NCBI GenBank assembly: GCA_963778655.1
Contig: CAVZVA010000003.1
Coordinates: 160,001 to 224,000, forward strand
Direction: 5' to 3'
Origin: an uncultured delta proteobacterium
Lineage (GTDB): Bacteria > Myxococcota_A > Polyangia > Polyangiales > JAFGIB01
DNA: 64,000 nucleotides
Positions 53,710 to 64,000 of the stretch are shown piece after piece. A model generated the notes under the pieces. That model searched no databases, was not told the origin of the DNA, and worked only from the letters and a program-made list of their open reading frames with translations. Positions within the stretch are counted from its first letter, which is position 1, and the number at the start of each line of letters is the position of its first letter. Position numbers and translations under genes: made by a program.

Positions 53710-55548
53710 GTGTTGTTGCAACCGCTAGATCTTGCGATCGTGGCCGCGTACTTCGCGCTGATGCTGGGGCTCGGCGTGCTGGCCGAGAAGCAGGCTGCGC
53801 GCGGCATGGACGCCTACTTTCTGGGGGAAAACCGCATCCCCTGGTGGGTGCTGAGCCTCTCCAACGCCGCCTCGATGTTCGACATCTCGGGCACGATGTG
53901 GCTGGTCTACCTGCTGTTCGTCTACGGCCTCAAGAGCGTGTTCATCCCCTGGCTGTGGCCGGTCTTCAACCAGGTGTTCCTGATGGTGTACCTGTCGGCC
54001 TGGCTCAGGCGCTCGGCGGCGGTCACCGGCGGCGAGTGGATCACCCTGCGCTTCGGCCCGGGGCGCGGTGCCGAGGCGGCGCGGCTCAGCGTGGTGTTCT
54101 TCGCCATCGCCAGCGTGGTCGGCTTCACCAGCTACGCCTTCGTGGGCATCGCCAAGTTCACGGCCGTGTTCCTGCCCAAGACGCTCTCACCCAACGCCTA
54201 CGGGGCGATCATCGTCGCGATCACCACGCTCTATACCGTGGTCGGCGGTCTTTACAGCGTCGTGCTCACCGACCTGGTGCAGTACGTGATCATGACGGTG
54301 GCCTGCCTGGCGATCGCCTGGATCGCGATGCACCGGGTGGATCCGGCAACGCTCGCGTCGGCGGTTCCCGCCGGCTGGGACGACATCCGCTTCGGCTGGA
54401 GGCTCGACCTCGACTGGAGCAGCCTGCTGCCGGCGGTGGCCAAGCGCATCGACTCCGACGGCTACCAGCTGTTCGGCGCGCTGGTTGCGATGATGCTGTT
54501 CAAGGGCGCGCTGGTGAGCGCTGCGGGCCCTGCGCCCAACTACGACATGCAGCGCATCCTCGCCACGCGCAACCCGCGCGAGGCCTCGTTGATGAGCGGC
54601 TTCGTCTCGGTGGTGCTGTTCTTCCCGCGCTACCTGATGATCGCGGGCATCACGGTGCTGGCACTGGTGTTCCTGCGGCCCGAGATCGCGCGCTCCGGCG
54701 CGGACTTCGAGCAGGTGCTGCCGCGGGTGATCCACGAGTTCGTCCCGGTCGGCCTGTCTGGGCTGCTGATCGCGGGCTTGCTGGCCGCGTTCATGTCGAC
54801 CTTCGCCGGCACCATCAACGCCGCAGCGGCCTATCTGGTCAACGACCTGTGCAAGCGCTATCTGTGGCCCGACGCGTCACCGCGCGCCTACGTACGCATG
54901 AGCTACGCGGCCTCGCTGCTGGTGGTGCTGGTCGGCTGCGGCTTCGGCCTGCTCACGGACTCGATCAACGCGGTCACGGTCTGGATCGTGGCGGCGCTGT
55001 GGGGCGGCTACGCCGCGCCCAACGTGCTCAAGTGGCATTGGTGGCGCATGAACGGCTACGGCTACTTCTGGGGCATGGTGTCGGGCATCGCCGGTGCGCT
55101 GGTGTTGGCCGCGCTGCCCGAGCTCTCGCCGATCCAGGCATTCCCGCTGCTGTTCGCGGTCTCGCTGGCCGGCGCGGTCGCCGGCTCGCTGCTCACGGCG
55201 CCCGACGACGAGCACGTGGTGATGGAGTTCTATCGGCGCACGCGGCCCTGGGGCTTGTGGAAGCCGATCCGCGAGCGGGTCGAACGCCTCCACCCGACGC
55301 TGCAGCGCGCGAGCGCAGCGCGCGACCTTTGCAACGTGGCGCTAGGGCTGGTGTGGCAGACCGCGCTGGTCGCGCTCGCCATCTACATCGTGATCCGGCG
55401 CTTCGACGCCGCCCTCGTCTGCCTGCTGCTGGTCGGCCTGACCAGCGCGGTGCTCAAGCGCACCTGGTACGATGCGCTCGAGCGCGAAGCGCCGGCGAAC
55501 GCCGGCCAGGTGCCGGCCGACGCCCCGGCGCGGTTAGAGCCGCGCTGA
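53710..55548 (+). CDS. Sodium:solute symporter family transporter, likely sugar
   Basis: YFLGENRIPWW, SMFDISGTMW, GGLYSVVLTD, YDMQRIL and LAAFMST; many TM helices. Confidence 0.92.
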   Translation: MLLQPLDLAIVAAYFALMLGLGVLAEKQAARGMDAYFLGENRIPWWVLSLSNAASMFDISGTMWLVYLLFVYGLKSVFIPWLWPVFNQVFLMVYLSAWLRRSAAVTGGEWITLRFGPGRGAEAARLSVVFFAIASVVGFTSYAFVGIAKFTAVFLPKTLSPNAYGAIIVAITTLYTVVGGLYSVVLTDLVQYVIMTVACLAIAWIAMHRVDPATLASAVPAGWDDIRFGWRLDLDWSSLLPAVAKRIDSDGYQLFGALVAMMLFKGALVSAAGPAPNYDMQRILATRNPREASLMSGFVSVVLFFPRYLMIAGITVLALVFLRPEIARSGADFEQVLPRVIHEFVPVGLSGLLIAGLLAAFMSTFAGTINAAAAYLVNDLCKRYLWPDASPRAYVRMSYAASLLVVLVGCGFGLLTDSINAVTVWIVAALWGGYAAPNVLKWHWWRMNGYGYFWGMVSGIAGALVLAALPELSPIQAFPLLFAVSLAGAVAGSLLTAPDDEHVVMEFYRRTRPWGLWKPIRERVERLHPTLQRASAARDLCNVALGLVWQTALVALAIYIVIRRFDAALVCLLLVGLTSAVLKRTWYDALEREAPANAGQVPADAPARLEPR

Positions 55549-55615
55549 GCAGGCCCGCGGGCGCCGGCCCGGAGCTCGTCCGGACGCGGCGCCGGTCGCA
55601 GATCGCACGCGCACC

Positions 55616-56962
55616 TCAGCGCGCCGAGCGCACCGCGCTGCGCCGCCCCCGCGGCGCCCACGAGCCCACACGGGTGCCGCCGCCTGCTCCGCCTCTGGCG
55701 GTGCGCGTCGCGCGCGACGCGGGCACCGGCGCGCGTGGCGCCGCCGGCGAGGCCTCGCGCGGAGGTGCGTTCATCGGAACGATGCGCTGGCCGATCAACC
55801 GCTCGATGCGCGCTAGCGTTCCGCGCTCGTCGGCCGTGCAAAGCGAGAGCGCCGCGCCCGCACGGCCGGCGCGCGCGGTGCGCCCGATGCGGTGCACATA
55901 GCTCTCGGGATCGACGGGCAGGTCGAAGTTGATGACGTGCGAAATGTCATCGACGTCGATTCCGCGCGCCGCGATGTCGGTCGCCACCAAGATCCGCAGC
56001 GCGCCGCTGCGATAGCGGCCCAAGGCGCGCTCGCGGGCGGGCTGGGACTTGTTGCCATGAATCGCGTCGGCGTCGATGCCGGCGTCGATCAAGTGCTTCA
56101 CCACCCGGTTCGCGCCGTGCTTGGTGCGCGTGAAGACCAGCGCGCGCGTGATGTCGGGGCCGCGCAGAATGCGCTCGAGGACCGCGCGCTTGCCGGCGTT
56201 CTCGACGAAGAACGCCGATTGGTCGATGCGCTCGGGCGTCGAGGAGGTCTTGCTCACCGTGACGCACACTGGGTCGCGCACGATCTGCTTGACTGCGGCC
56301 TCGATCTCGCGCGGCATCGTGGCCGAGAACAGCAGCGTCTGGCGCTCGGTCGGAACGCTTCGCAGAACCCGGCGAATCGCCGGCAAAAAACCCTGGTCGA
56401 GCATGCGGTCGAACTCGTCGAGCACGAGCGTTTCGATCCCGCCGACGCGCGCAATGCCCTGCTCCATCAGGTCGACCAGGCGGCCAGGCGTCGCAACCAG
56501 AATGTCCACGCCGCGCCTTAGCTCCTGCGCTTGGCGCCCCTGTGAGACGCCGCCGAAGATCACCAGATGGCGTAGGCCGGTGCCCTGGCCGTAGCGCGCG
56601 ATGCTGTCTGCGATCTGAGAAGCCAGCTCGCGCGTCGGAGCCAGCACGAGCCCGCGGACGCTGGGCGTTGCGCCCCTTGGACGCGGCGAGACCAACATGC
56701 GTTGCAACATCGGCAGCGCGAAGGCCGCGGTCTTGCCGGTTCCCGTGCGCGCACAGCCCAGCACGTCGCGTCCTTGCAACGCGGGCGGGATGGCCTGTGC
56801 CTGAATCGGCGTCGGCATTTCGTAGCCGCCCGAGCGGACCGCGCGCAGCAACGCCGCGTGCAGCCCGAGCCGGGCGAAGCCCGACGACGAGATCGTCGGG
56901 CTGCCCGTGCTCTCACTGGCCTGCATCGAGTGATTCACCGCGGCGAGCGAGGTCTCGCTCAC
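55616..56962 (-). CDS. DEAD-box-family RNA helicase (RhlE-like), motif II reads DEFD
   Basis: PTPIQ, ARTGTGKT, PTREL, TPGRL, DEFD, SAT, TDIAARGID and HRIGRTAR. The GTG overlaps the upstream RRM stop; the ATG at 56926 is an alternative start. Confidence 0.93.
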   Translation of the reverse strand: MSETSLAAVNHSMQASESTGSPTISSSGFARLGLHAALLRAVRSGGYEMPTPIQAQAIPPALQGRDVLGCARTGTGKTAAFALPMLQRMLVSPRPRGATPSVRGLVLAPTRELASQIADSIARYGQGTGLRHLVIFGGVSQGRQAQELRRGVDILVATPGRLVDLMEQGIARVGGIETLVLDEFDRMLDQGFLPAIRRVLRSVPTERQTLLFSATMPREIEAAVKQIVRDPVCVTVSKTSSTPERIDQSAFFVENAGKRAVLERILRGPDITRALVFTRTKHGANRVVKHLIDAGIDADAIHGNKSQPARERALGRYRSGALRILVATDIAARGIDVDDISHVINFDLPVDPESYVHRIGRTARAGRAGAALSLCTADERGTLARIERLIGQRIVPMNAPPREASPAAPRAPVPASRATRTARGGAGGGTRVGSWAPRGRRSAVRSAR

Positions 56963-57276
56963 TGGCGACCACCGCGGCCGCCGCCACGGCCGCCATAGCC
57001 GCCGCCGCCGCCCCCACCACCACGCTCGACGCGCTCTTGCGCCTCGTTCACGCGCAGCGGCCGGCCGTCCAGCATACGTCCGTCGAGCTCCGTGATGGCT
57101 TTGGTCGCCTCTTGGTCGCTGCCCATGCTCACGAACGCGAAGCCGCGCGAGCCGCCGGTCACGCGGTCGAGCACCAGCTTGACCTCGGAGACCGTGCCGC
57201 AGGTGCAGAACGTGTCGCGAATCTCCTCTTCCGTGGTCTGGAAGGCGAGATTACCTACATACAATCGATTACCCAT
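56959..57276 (-). CDS. RRM RNA-binding protein with Gly/Arg-rich tail
   Basis: RNP2 LYVGNL, RNP1 RGFAFV, LRVNEA, GGGGGYGGRGG tail. Confidence 0.95.
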   Translation of the reverse strand: MGNRLYVGNLAFQTTEEEIRDTFCTCGTVSEVKLVLDRVTGGSRGFAFVSMGSDQEATKAITELDGRMLDGRPLRVNEAQERVERGGGGGGGGYGGRGGGRGGRQ

Positions 57277-57579
57277 TGCTCTCTTCTCTTTGCGCGGCGT
57301 TGCGATCGCCTGGTGGGCGATCCGGTGAGGCCCGATTCGAAGAGCCGCTCGCTTCGAAAGAGGACACGCGGCTAGGCACGTTGATCGTGGTGTGCCGCGT
57401 CCTTGCGTTGGTCGCCGGTGAACGACTTATCCGCGACCCCTGTTTTCGAAGGAGGAGAGGAGAGAGCCGAGGCCAGTAACTGTTCGCGTTACGGGGCGGT
57501 TACTACCACGCGGGCGGATCGGGCGCAAACCCCCGGCACGCCACACGCGCCGCCGCGAGCCTTGGCGCGCCGCGCCGCC

Positions 57580-58044
57580 TCAGCGCTCGGTCGCGACATT
57601 GACCACGATCGACCGCCCCTGCAGCTCGCTGCCGTTCAGCGCTTCCACGGCGCGGGCCGCGTCTCGGCGATCCTCCATGGTGACGAAGCCGAAGCCGCGC
57701 GAACGGCCCGTGTTGCGATCCATCATCACGGTGGCGTCGGTCACTTGGCCGAACTGTGAGAAGGCGGTGCGCAGATCCTCGGTCGTCGTATCCCAGCTCA
57801 TCGAGCCGACGAACAACCGGCACGCGACCGACGCCCGGCGGGTTCCGGTCGCGCGCGCCTCCATCGCCCGCAGGGCCTCATCGGTGGAGGGCAGGTTGGC
57901 CAGGTGCTCCTCGGGGCTGGCGATCGGCACCTCTCCCGGGCCGTCCTGACGCCTCTGCATGCGGCGCTCCGCTTTTTCGCGCTTCTTTTGCGCCTTGTCA
58001 GCTTCGCGCTGTCGCTTGCCCTGAGAGTATGTGCCTCGTGCCAT
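57580..58044 (-). CDS. RRM RNA-binding protein with basic N-terminal extension
   Basis: KRQREADKAQKKREKAERR extension; RNP2 LFVGSM; RNP1 RGFGFV. Confidence 0.93.
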   Translation of the reverse strand: MARGTYSQGKRQREADKAQKKREKAERRMQRRQDGPGEVPIASPEEHLANLPSTDEALRAMEARATGTRRASVACRLFVGSMSWDTTTEDLRTAFSQFGQVTDATVMMDRNTGRSRGFGFVTMEDRRDAARAVEALNGSELQGRSIVVNVATER

Positions 58045-58054
58045 GAGTGACTAT

Positions 58055-58082
58055 AGCTGCGATTTCACGAGCTGCGATTTCA
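58055..58082. repeat. 13-bp direct repeat, period 15, in the RRM promoter
   Basis: AGCTGCGATTTCA at 58055-58067 and 58070-58082. Confidence 0.85.
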
Positions 58083-58387
58083 TGCCGGCCCGGACGCTCG
58101 CCCGCGGGACGGCCCGACCCACCGCCGCTCCGAATGCCCAATGCTCGCCTGGATGTTCTTGCTGACGCGCACGGATTCGGATGACACGGAGAGTCGAAAC
58201 GCGTTGCGCGGGACCGTTAGCTCACGATGGCGCAGCGCTACACCGGCCAGTAACCTGGCACGTCCCGCGAAATTCTGCAAGCTCAGCGCCGATTTTGCGC
58301 CAAGAGGCGCTCCGACCGGCGCGCTGCGAATTCGTTTGCTACACTTCCAAACCAGGCGTGGCACCACGTCGCGTCTGTTGGAGCACG

Positions 58388-58678
58388 ATGGCGCACGAAG
58401 ACATACTGTATCAGCACGTGAAGCGGCCCGAGTGGGGCTTCTCCACGATCATCAACATGGAAGATGATCGGACGACCTTCGTCTTCGACGACGGGGCCCG
58501 CAGGACCATCACCATCGGGCACATACACTTGATGGAGCGCGTCGTGCTCGAAGACGAGGCGGAAGAAGAGGTTCGCCAGAAGCTCGCCAAATACAAGCCG
58601 AGCAGCTCCCTCGGCGGTGCGACCAAGCGCAAGCGCGCTCCGAAGAAGAAGAAGCCCGCAACGGCCACGCAAGGCTGA
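58388..58678 (+). CDS. Small SH3/Tudor-like (DUF3553-like) protein with Lys-rich tail
   Basis: YQHVKRPEWGF...TTFVFDDG beta-barrel-like pattern; TKRKRAPKKKK tail; GGAG RBS. Confidence 0.6.
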   Translation: MAHEDILYQHVKRPEWGFSTIINMEDDRTTFVFDDGARRTITIGHIHLMERVVLEDEAEEEVRQKLAKYKPSSSLGGATKRKRAPKKKKPATATQG

Positions 58679-58758
58679 GGCCGATCTCTTCCGGGCGCAC
58701 CTTCACGTACCCCCCGCCGCGCTTCACGCGGGCCTCGCGCCATCCTCGGCCGACCGGC

Positions 58759-61200
58759 TCACCCTGCGCGGGCGCCGACGGCGCATTCGACCCGCACCTG
58801 CGCGCCGGGCGGGGCATACGGGACGAGCGCGCCTTCGCGCTCCACGCCGTCGACACGTAGCTGCACGCCCGTCTGCTCGGGACGATAGCTGGCGTGAATG
58901 TCGTAGACCGCGCCTCGGCACGCGCGCCGCAGGCGGAACCACGGCAGGGACGGACCGATGCACGGCTGTACGTGCAGCCCATCGTAGTCAGGCGCGACCC
59001 CGAGGATGTGCTGCGTCACGGCGACCCAGCTCCAAGCGGCGGTGCCGGTGAGCCACGAGTTCTTGGCTTCGCCATGGCGCGGCGCATCACGGCCGGCCAC
59101 CATCTGCGCGTAGACGTAGGGTTCTGCGCGGCGGATCTCCGCGGCCTGCTCGTGATAGCCCGGCGTAATCTTGCGGTAGCAACGCAGCGCGCGTTCGGCC
59201 TGGCCGAGCCGCGTGTGCGCGATCGCGATCCACGGGTTGTTGTGGCAGAAGATGCCCGCGTTCTCCTTGTAGCCGGGCGGATACGAGCTGATCTCGCCGA
59301 GCTCCAGCCGGTAGCGGCTATAGGCCGGTTGCTGCAACACGTAGCCGTGCTCGGTCGCAAGCCGGGCCTCGACCGCGTCGAGCGCGCGCGCTGCGAGCCC
59401 TTCTGCAACGCCCAGCCCCGCCATCACGCAGATCCCCTGCGGCTCGATGAAGATCTGGCCCTCGTCGTTTTGCTCGCTGCCCACCACGGCGCCGGCCGCG
59501 TCGTACGCGCGCAGGAACCACTCCCCGTCCCAGCCGTCGCGGTAGACGGCGGTCCGCATCGCCGCGATCTGCTGCTGCGCCCACTGCGCGAGCCCGCGCT
59601 CGCCGCGCCGCTCGGCAAGCCGCAACAATTCGCCCGCCGCCAGCACGAACAGGCCGGCGATGAACACCGACTCGGCCGTGCGCCCATCGGCGTGCTGTGT
59701 GGTCTGAAACGACTCGTCGGGATTGCGCGAAAAACAGTTCAGGTTGAGACAGTCGTTCCAGTCTGCGCGCCCGATCAGCGGCAACCCGTGAGGCCCGAGG
59801 TTGTCGACCGTGTACCGCACCGAACGCGTCAGATGCTCGAACAGCGAGCCGCCGGCCTCCGGGTCGTGGTCGAAGGGCGCGCGCGCGTCGAGCACCGCCT
59901 CATCGCCCGTCTCCTTGACGTAGGCAGCCGCGGCCAGCACCAGCCACAGCGGATCGTCGTTGAAGCCGCTGCCGATATCGTGGTTGCCGCGCTTGGTCAG
60001 CGGTTGATACTGGTGGTACGCGCTGCCATCCGCGCGTTGGGTCGCGGCCAGGTCGAGCAGCCGTTCGCGCGCACGTTCCGGCGCCAGGTGCACGAAGCCG
60101 AGCAGATCCTGGTTGCCGTCGCGAAAGCCGATGCCGCGCCCGATGCCCGACTCGAAGTAGGAGGCGCTGCGCGAGAGGTTGAAGGTCGCCATGCACTGGT
60201 ACGGATTCCAGACGTTGACGCTGCGGTCGAGCACCGGGTCCGGCGATTGCAACACGAAACGCTCGCACAGCTGCGCCCAGTGCTCGCGCAGCTTGCCGAG
60301 CTCGTGCTGGACGGCCGCGTCCGAGGCGAGCCGGGCGATCATGCGCTGCGCGCCGCGCTTGTCGATCACGCCGGGCCGCTCCCACTTGTGGACCTCGTCG
60401 TTCTCGACGTAGCCGAGCACGAATACCAGGGTCTTCGACTCGCCGGGGGCGAGCTCGAGCGCCAGCTCGTGGCTCGCGATCGGCGCCCAGCCGCTCGCGA
60501 TCGAGCCGCGGCAATGCCCCTCGCGGACCGCGTCCGGCGCCTCGAGCCCGCGGTAGGCGCCGACGAAGCGCTCGCGGTCGGTGTCGAAGCCCGCGATCTC
60601 GGTGCTGACGTGGTAGAACGCGAAGTGATTGCGGCGCTCGCGGTATTCGGTCTTGTGGTAGATGGTCGAGCCCTCGACCTCGACCTCCGCCGTGCTCAGG
60701 TTGCGCTGGAAGTTGGTGGCATCGTCGAGCGCGTTCCACAGGCAGAACTCGACGAAGGAAAACAGCTGCAGCTTGCGGGTGCCCGCGCCTAGGTTGCGCA
60801 CCGCAACGCGCTGCACCTCGGCTGGGCAGCCGAGCGGGACCAGAAACGTGATCTCGACCTCGATCTCGCGGCGGCGGCTCCGGATCACGCTGTAGCCGAG
60901 CCCGTGCCTACACTCGAATGCGTCGAGCTCCACGCGGGCGGGCATGTAGGCGGGCGACCAGCACGCGTCGTCTTCGCGCACGTAGAAGCAGCGCCCGCCG
61001 AGGTCGGCCGGCACGTTGTTGTAGCGGTAGCGCAGGATGCGCCGCAGTCGTGCGTCGCGGTAGAAGCAGTAGCCGCCGCCGGTGTGCGATATCAGCGAGA
61101 AGAAGTCCTCGCTGCCGAGGTAGTTGATCCAGGGCTGCGGCGTGAACGGGGTGGTGACGACGTACTCGCGCCGGTCATCGTCGAAGTGTCCAAAACGCAT
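58759..61200 (-). CDS. GH94 glycoside phosphorylase (cellobiose phosphorylase-like)
   Basis: [63 protein letters not shown] and KNSWLTGTA. Confidence 0.95.
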   Translation of the reverse strand: MRFGHFDDDRREYVVTTPFTPQPWINYLGSEDFFSLISHTGGGYCFYRDARLRRILRYRYNNVPADLGGRCFYVREDDACWSPAYMPARVELDAFECRHGLGYSVIRSRRREIEVEITFLVPLGCPAEVQRVAVRNLGAGTRKLQLFSFVEFCLWNALDDATNFQRNLSTAEVEVEGSTIYHKTEYRERRNHFAFYHVSTEIAGFDTDRERFVGAYRGLEAPDAVREGHCRGSIASGWAPIASHELALELAPGESKTLVFVLGYVENDEVHKWERPGVIDKRGAQRMIARLASDAAVQHELGKLREHWAQLCERFVLQSPDPVLDRSVNVWNPYQCMATFNLSRSASYFESGIGRGIGFRDGNQDLLGFVHLAPERARERLLDLAATQRADGSAYHQYQPLTKRGNHDIGSGFNDDPLWLVLAAAAYVKETGDEAVLDARAPFDHDPEAGGSLFEHLTRSVRYTVDNLGPHGLPLIGRADWNDCLNLNCFSRNPDESFQTTQHADGRTAESVFIAGLFVLAAGELLRLAERRGERGLAQWAQQQIAAMRTAVYRDGWDGEWFLRAYDAAGAVVGSEQNDEGQIFIEPQGICVMAGLGVAEGLAARALDAVEARLATEHGYVLQQPAYSRYRLELGEISSYPPGYKENAGIFCHNNPWIAIAHTRLGQAERALRCYRKITPGYHEQAAEIRRAEPYVYAQMVAGRDAPRHGEAKNSWLTGTAAWSWVAVTQHILGVAPDYDGLHVQPCIGPSLPWFRLRRACRGAVYDIHASYRPEQTGVQLRVDGVEREGALVPYAPPGAQVRVECAVGARAG

Positions 61201-61390
61201 GGGGCTCCGGAGGCGGCTGTTCCCGCAGTAGTGGCGCCGCCCGACAGCGTCGGGTCACGGCTGCGCCGTGCCCCCAAAAGGCGGACCGCCTCGTTCCTCG
61301 ACGCCTCCGGCAACGGCCTCTATCATGCGGCTTCCGGTGAGCACCGGTCTGGAACGCGGCCCTTGATCTGACGGCGGCGACGAGGACAGC

Positions 61391-63163
61391 GTGGGCAAGC
61401 GGTTCGAAGGCCTTCGAGAGGCGAGGCACCCGGCCCTGCTCGGGGCCACGCTGCTGGCGGCCCTGGCGATCCGCATCGCCGTGCTGAACGAGCTCGGCGG
61501 CACCATCTACGCGGCCGGCCTGCTTCCCGACGAGAACATCTATCATCGATGGGCCGTGCAGCTCGCGGCAGGCCAAGCACATGCAGGCTTCGCCGGCGAC
61601 TTCCCTCGACTTCCGGCACTGATCTTCGGCCTGGTCTACAGCGCGTTCGGCGTGAGCGCGCTCCACCTACGCGTGCTCAACGTGGTCCTGGGGGTGGCGA
61701 CCTGCGGGCTCGCTTACGTCACCGGCCGCAGCCTATACGACCGGCAGGTGGGCCTGGTCAGTGCGCTGCTCTGCGCCTTTTCGGAGAGCCTGGCCTTGTA
61801 CAGCGCAACCGTGCTCAACACCGCGCTCGGCCTGTTCCTGTTCGCGGCACTGCTGGCGCTGCAGGCCGCGCTGCTGAGGCGCCCCGACTCGCACGCGGTC
61901 AAGAAGGCGCTCGGAATCGGCGCGCTGAGCGGGCTGCTGGTGAACGCGCGTGGCAACGCGGCGATCGTCGGGCTGCTGGCCGTGCCCATCGCCTACCTGG
62001 CAAAGCGCGAACGGAGCGCGTCCAGCAAGGCGGCCCTGCGCGCGCTTTCGCCTTGGCTCGGAGCGCTCGCCGCCGCCTACCTGCTGTGCGCCGCCGCGAC
62101 CGGCGGCGTGCTTGGACCGCGCTCCGCTTTCAACCTCTACTTCGGCAACAATCCCGACAACCCCACCCCGTACTACCGCCCCGTGCGCTTCACGTCGTCG
62201 GAGCCCGAGCGCCAGGCGATCGGCTTCATCGCCGAAGGCTCGCGCAGGGCGGGCCGCGAGCTGTCGGCAGGTGAAGCCGAGCGCTTCTGGGCATCGACCG
62301 TGTTGCGGCACGCGCTCGCCCGGCCGGGCGCGTTCGCTCGCCGGCTCGGGCAAAAGGCGCTGGCGGTTCTCAACCGATCGCCGTCCGACAACGACCACGA
62401 CCTGCGCCTGTTCCGAGAGCTGCTGCCCGCGCTGCGGCTCGCGTTTTTGCCCACCTGGCTGTTGCTCGCGCTCGGGCTCGCGCTCGGGTGCGTGCTGCCG
62501 TTCGATCGCAGGCTGGCGTACGGCGCCGCAGCCGCGGGCCTCTACGCGGCCACGCTGCTCGTGTTCTTCACCGGCGAACGCCTGAGATCGCCTCTGATCC
62601 TGGTAGCGGCGCCGTACGCGGCGGCCGGTCTGGTTCAGCTGGCTCGCGGCTGGGGCAGCGAACGCCGCCGCGCGTGGCTGCGGGCGGCCGCCGCGCTGGC
62701 TGTATTGCTGCTGATTTCCGGGGTTCGGCTCGAAGGCGCGCAGGATCTGAGCTCCGTGTACAATCTGCACGCGCTGACCCTGTTCCAGGCCGGCGACCTG
62801 CCGGGCGCGCAGCGCTGGTATCTACGGTCGTTGTCGCTGCATGGGCGCGATTCCCCGGGCGCGCGCATCGGGCTCGCCGCCATCCTTCACCAGCGCGGAG
62901 AGCTCGAGCAGGCCGAGGCCGTGCTCGATGCCATGCCCGACGACTACTACGAAGCGGCGAGCAAGTACGAGTGGCTCGGCAACATGGAGCTGGAACGCCG
63001 TCACGCAGCCGCCGCGGCCAGCGCCTACGAGAAGTCGCTCGCGATCGACTCGAGCAGGCAAAACGCCTACAAAGGCCTGTACATCGCCTACCGGCTCGAA
63101 GGTAACCGCAAGGCCGCCGCGGACGCCGACGAGCGCCTCCAGCGCATCGAGTCCCTGCGCTGA
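61391..63163 (+). CDS. GT-C fold membrane glycosyltransferase (PMT/ArnT-like) with C-terminal TPR repeats
   Basis: First-loop LPDENIYHRWA acidic motif; many TM helices; FNLYFGNNP loop; TPR-like C-terminus. Confidence 0.8.
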   Translation: MGKRFEGLREARHPALLGATLLAALAIRIAVLNELGGTIYAAGLLPDENIYHRWAVQLAAGQAHAGFAGDFPRLPALIFGLVYSAFGVSALHLRVLNVVLGVATCGLAYVTGRSLYDRQVGLVSALLCAFSESLALYSATVLNTALGLFLFAALLALQAALLRRPDSHAVKKALGIGALSGLLVNARGNAAIVGLLAVPIAYLAKRERSASSKAALRALSPWLGALAAAYLLCAAATGGVLGPRSAFNLYFGNNPDNPTPYYRPVRFTSSEPERQAIGFIAEGSRRAGRELSAGEAERFWASTVLRHALARPGAFARRLGQKALAVLNRSPSDNDHDLRLFRELLPALRLAFLPTWLLLALGLALGCVLPFDRRLAYGAAAAGLYAATLLVFFTGERLRSPLILVAAPYAAAGLVQLARGWGSERRRAWLRAAAALAVLLLISGVRLEGAQDLSSVYNLHALTLFQAGDLPGAQRWYLRSLSLHGRDSPGARIGLAAILHQRGELEQAEAVLDAMPDDYYEAASKYEWLGNMELERRHAAAAASAYEKSLAIDSSRQNAYKGLYIAYRLEGNRKAAADADERLQRIESLR

Positions 63164-63185
63164 ACGCCCCGATAGGCCGCGAGCA

Positions 63186-64000
63186 CTACTTGGCTCCGCC
63201 GCTGGGCAAAGGTGCGGCCGGGCGCGCGCTGCCGGACTTCGGCGGCTGGCTGCTGGCGGCGGGCGCCGGCGCGGCAGGCGCCAGGGTCTCGCTGTGGCCG
63301 TCGCCGTAGATCGCGATCGCCAAGCTCTCGGGCTGGTAGGCGCCGCCGGGCACGACCGAGTTCCAATCGAGGTTGAGCCAGATCGGACACTCCGTGGACG
63401 TGCGGTACGCGATCGTCGTCGGGATCTTGCCATTCAAGTAGCTGCGCCAGCGGTTGCGGTAGTGGGTGGTCAGCGCGGCGGCGACTTGCTTGGGATCACC
63501 TTGCACACAGGCCTCGGCGTAGGCGTGCCCGCCGCCTGGTCCGTCCATCAAGACCACGCGAGCTTTGCCCCCGATTGCGCTCACCATCGACGCCAGCACG
63601 ATCGCGAAGTCGTCGCAGTCGCCGATGTAGCCGTTCTGAATCGTCTCGGTGGCGGTGGCGAAGTACTCCTGCCCCTCGGGATCGCTGACGTAGCGCCAGG
63701 CACGCCGCACGGTGTTCCAGATCTCGGCGACTTGCTCGACGTGAAACGGCCCCTGGGTGCTGGCGGCGATCTTGATCGCGGTGTCGCGGGTCAGGGGATC
63801 CATCGGGGTCAGCGCTCTGGCGATTGCCCTGGCGGTCGCACCGCCGGCTTGCTCCTCGCTGCTCGACTGCGACGCGCGCTGGGCCAGCAGCGAATCGACG
63901 CCCGGCAGGGCGAGCAAGCCCGGCCGCATGAGCAAGAAGTACGCGCCCAGCACCGGCGCCACGCCCAGCAGCGGTAGCAGAAAGTAGCCCCAGGGAGAGC
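63186..64000 (-). CDS. Transglutaminase-like (Cys-His-Asp) protein with N-terminal TM segment; 5' end outside the window
   Basis: YVSDP, GDCDDFAI, GHAYAE and WLNLD; the frame stays open to the window edge. Confidence 0.82.
   Translation of the reverse strand, partial: SPWGYFLLPLLGVAPVLGAYFLLMRPGLLALPGVDSLLAQRASQSSSEEQAGGATARAIARALTPMDPLTRDTAIKIAASTQGPFHVEQVAEIWNTVRRAWRYVSDPEGQEYFATATETIQNGYIGDCDDFAIVLASMVSAIGGKARVVLMDGPGGGHAYAEACVQGDPKQVAAALTTHYRNRWRSYLNGKIPTTIAYRTSTECPIWLNLDWNSVVPGGAYQPESLAIAIYGDGHSETLAPAAPAPAASSQPPKSGSARPAAPLPSGGAK

Overview
A very GC-rich, gene-dense bacterial window, probably from a myxobacterium (Myxococcota). This is inferred from the MYXO-CTERM-like sorting tails, Gly/Cys-rich lipoproteins and a eukaryote-like Ser/Thr kinase-ATPase. 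Left part (1-20 kb): kinase, orphan PhoR-like sensor, secreted/lipoproteins (GH44 glucanase, beta-helix protein, heme-c-bearing copper monooxygenase, BNR propeller), an ECF sigma/AhpD/AraC module and two gene remnants. Middle (20-53.6 kb): an apparent low-oxygen/dormancy and alpha-glucan/trehalose island. It holds Usp, glgP, two YeeE/YedE genes with a triheme cytochrome c, nrdJ, HemG-like flavodoxin, GH57, CheB/CheR-PAS and a hybrid kinase, GT4, archaeal-type SAM synthetase, glgA with an altered KTGG motif, an MscS-DUF5752 fusion with treT, a CBS protein, a sigma-70, an HPF-like protein and acsA-pdhABC-ACP. Right part: Na+/solute symporter, two RRM proteins with a DExD helicase, GH94 phosphorylase, GT-C/TPR protein and a transglutaminase-like protein. 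Two single-base frameshifts and one missing stop codon look like sequencing errors. I recognised no rRNA, tRNA, CRISPR array or transposase. All product calls come from motifs recognised by eye, not from database searches.
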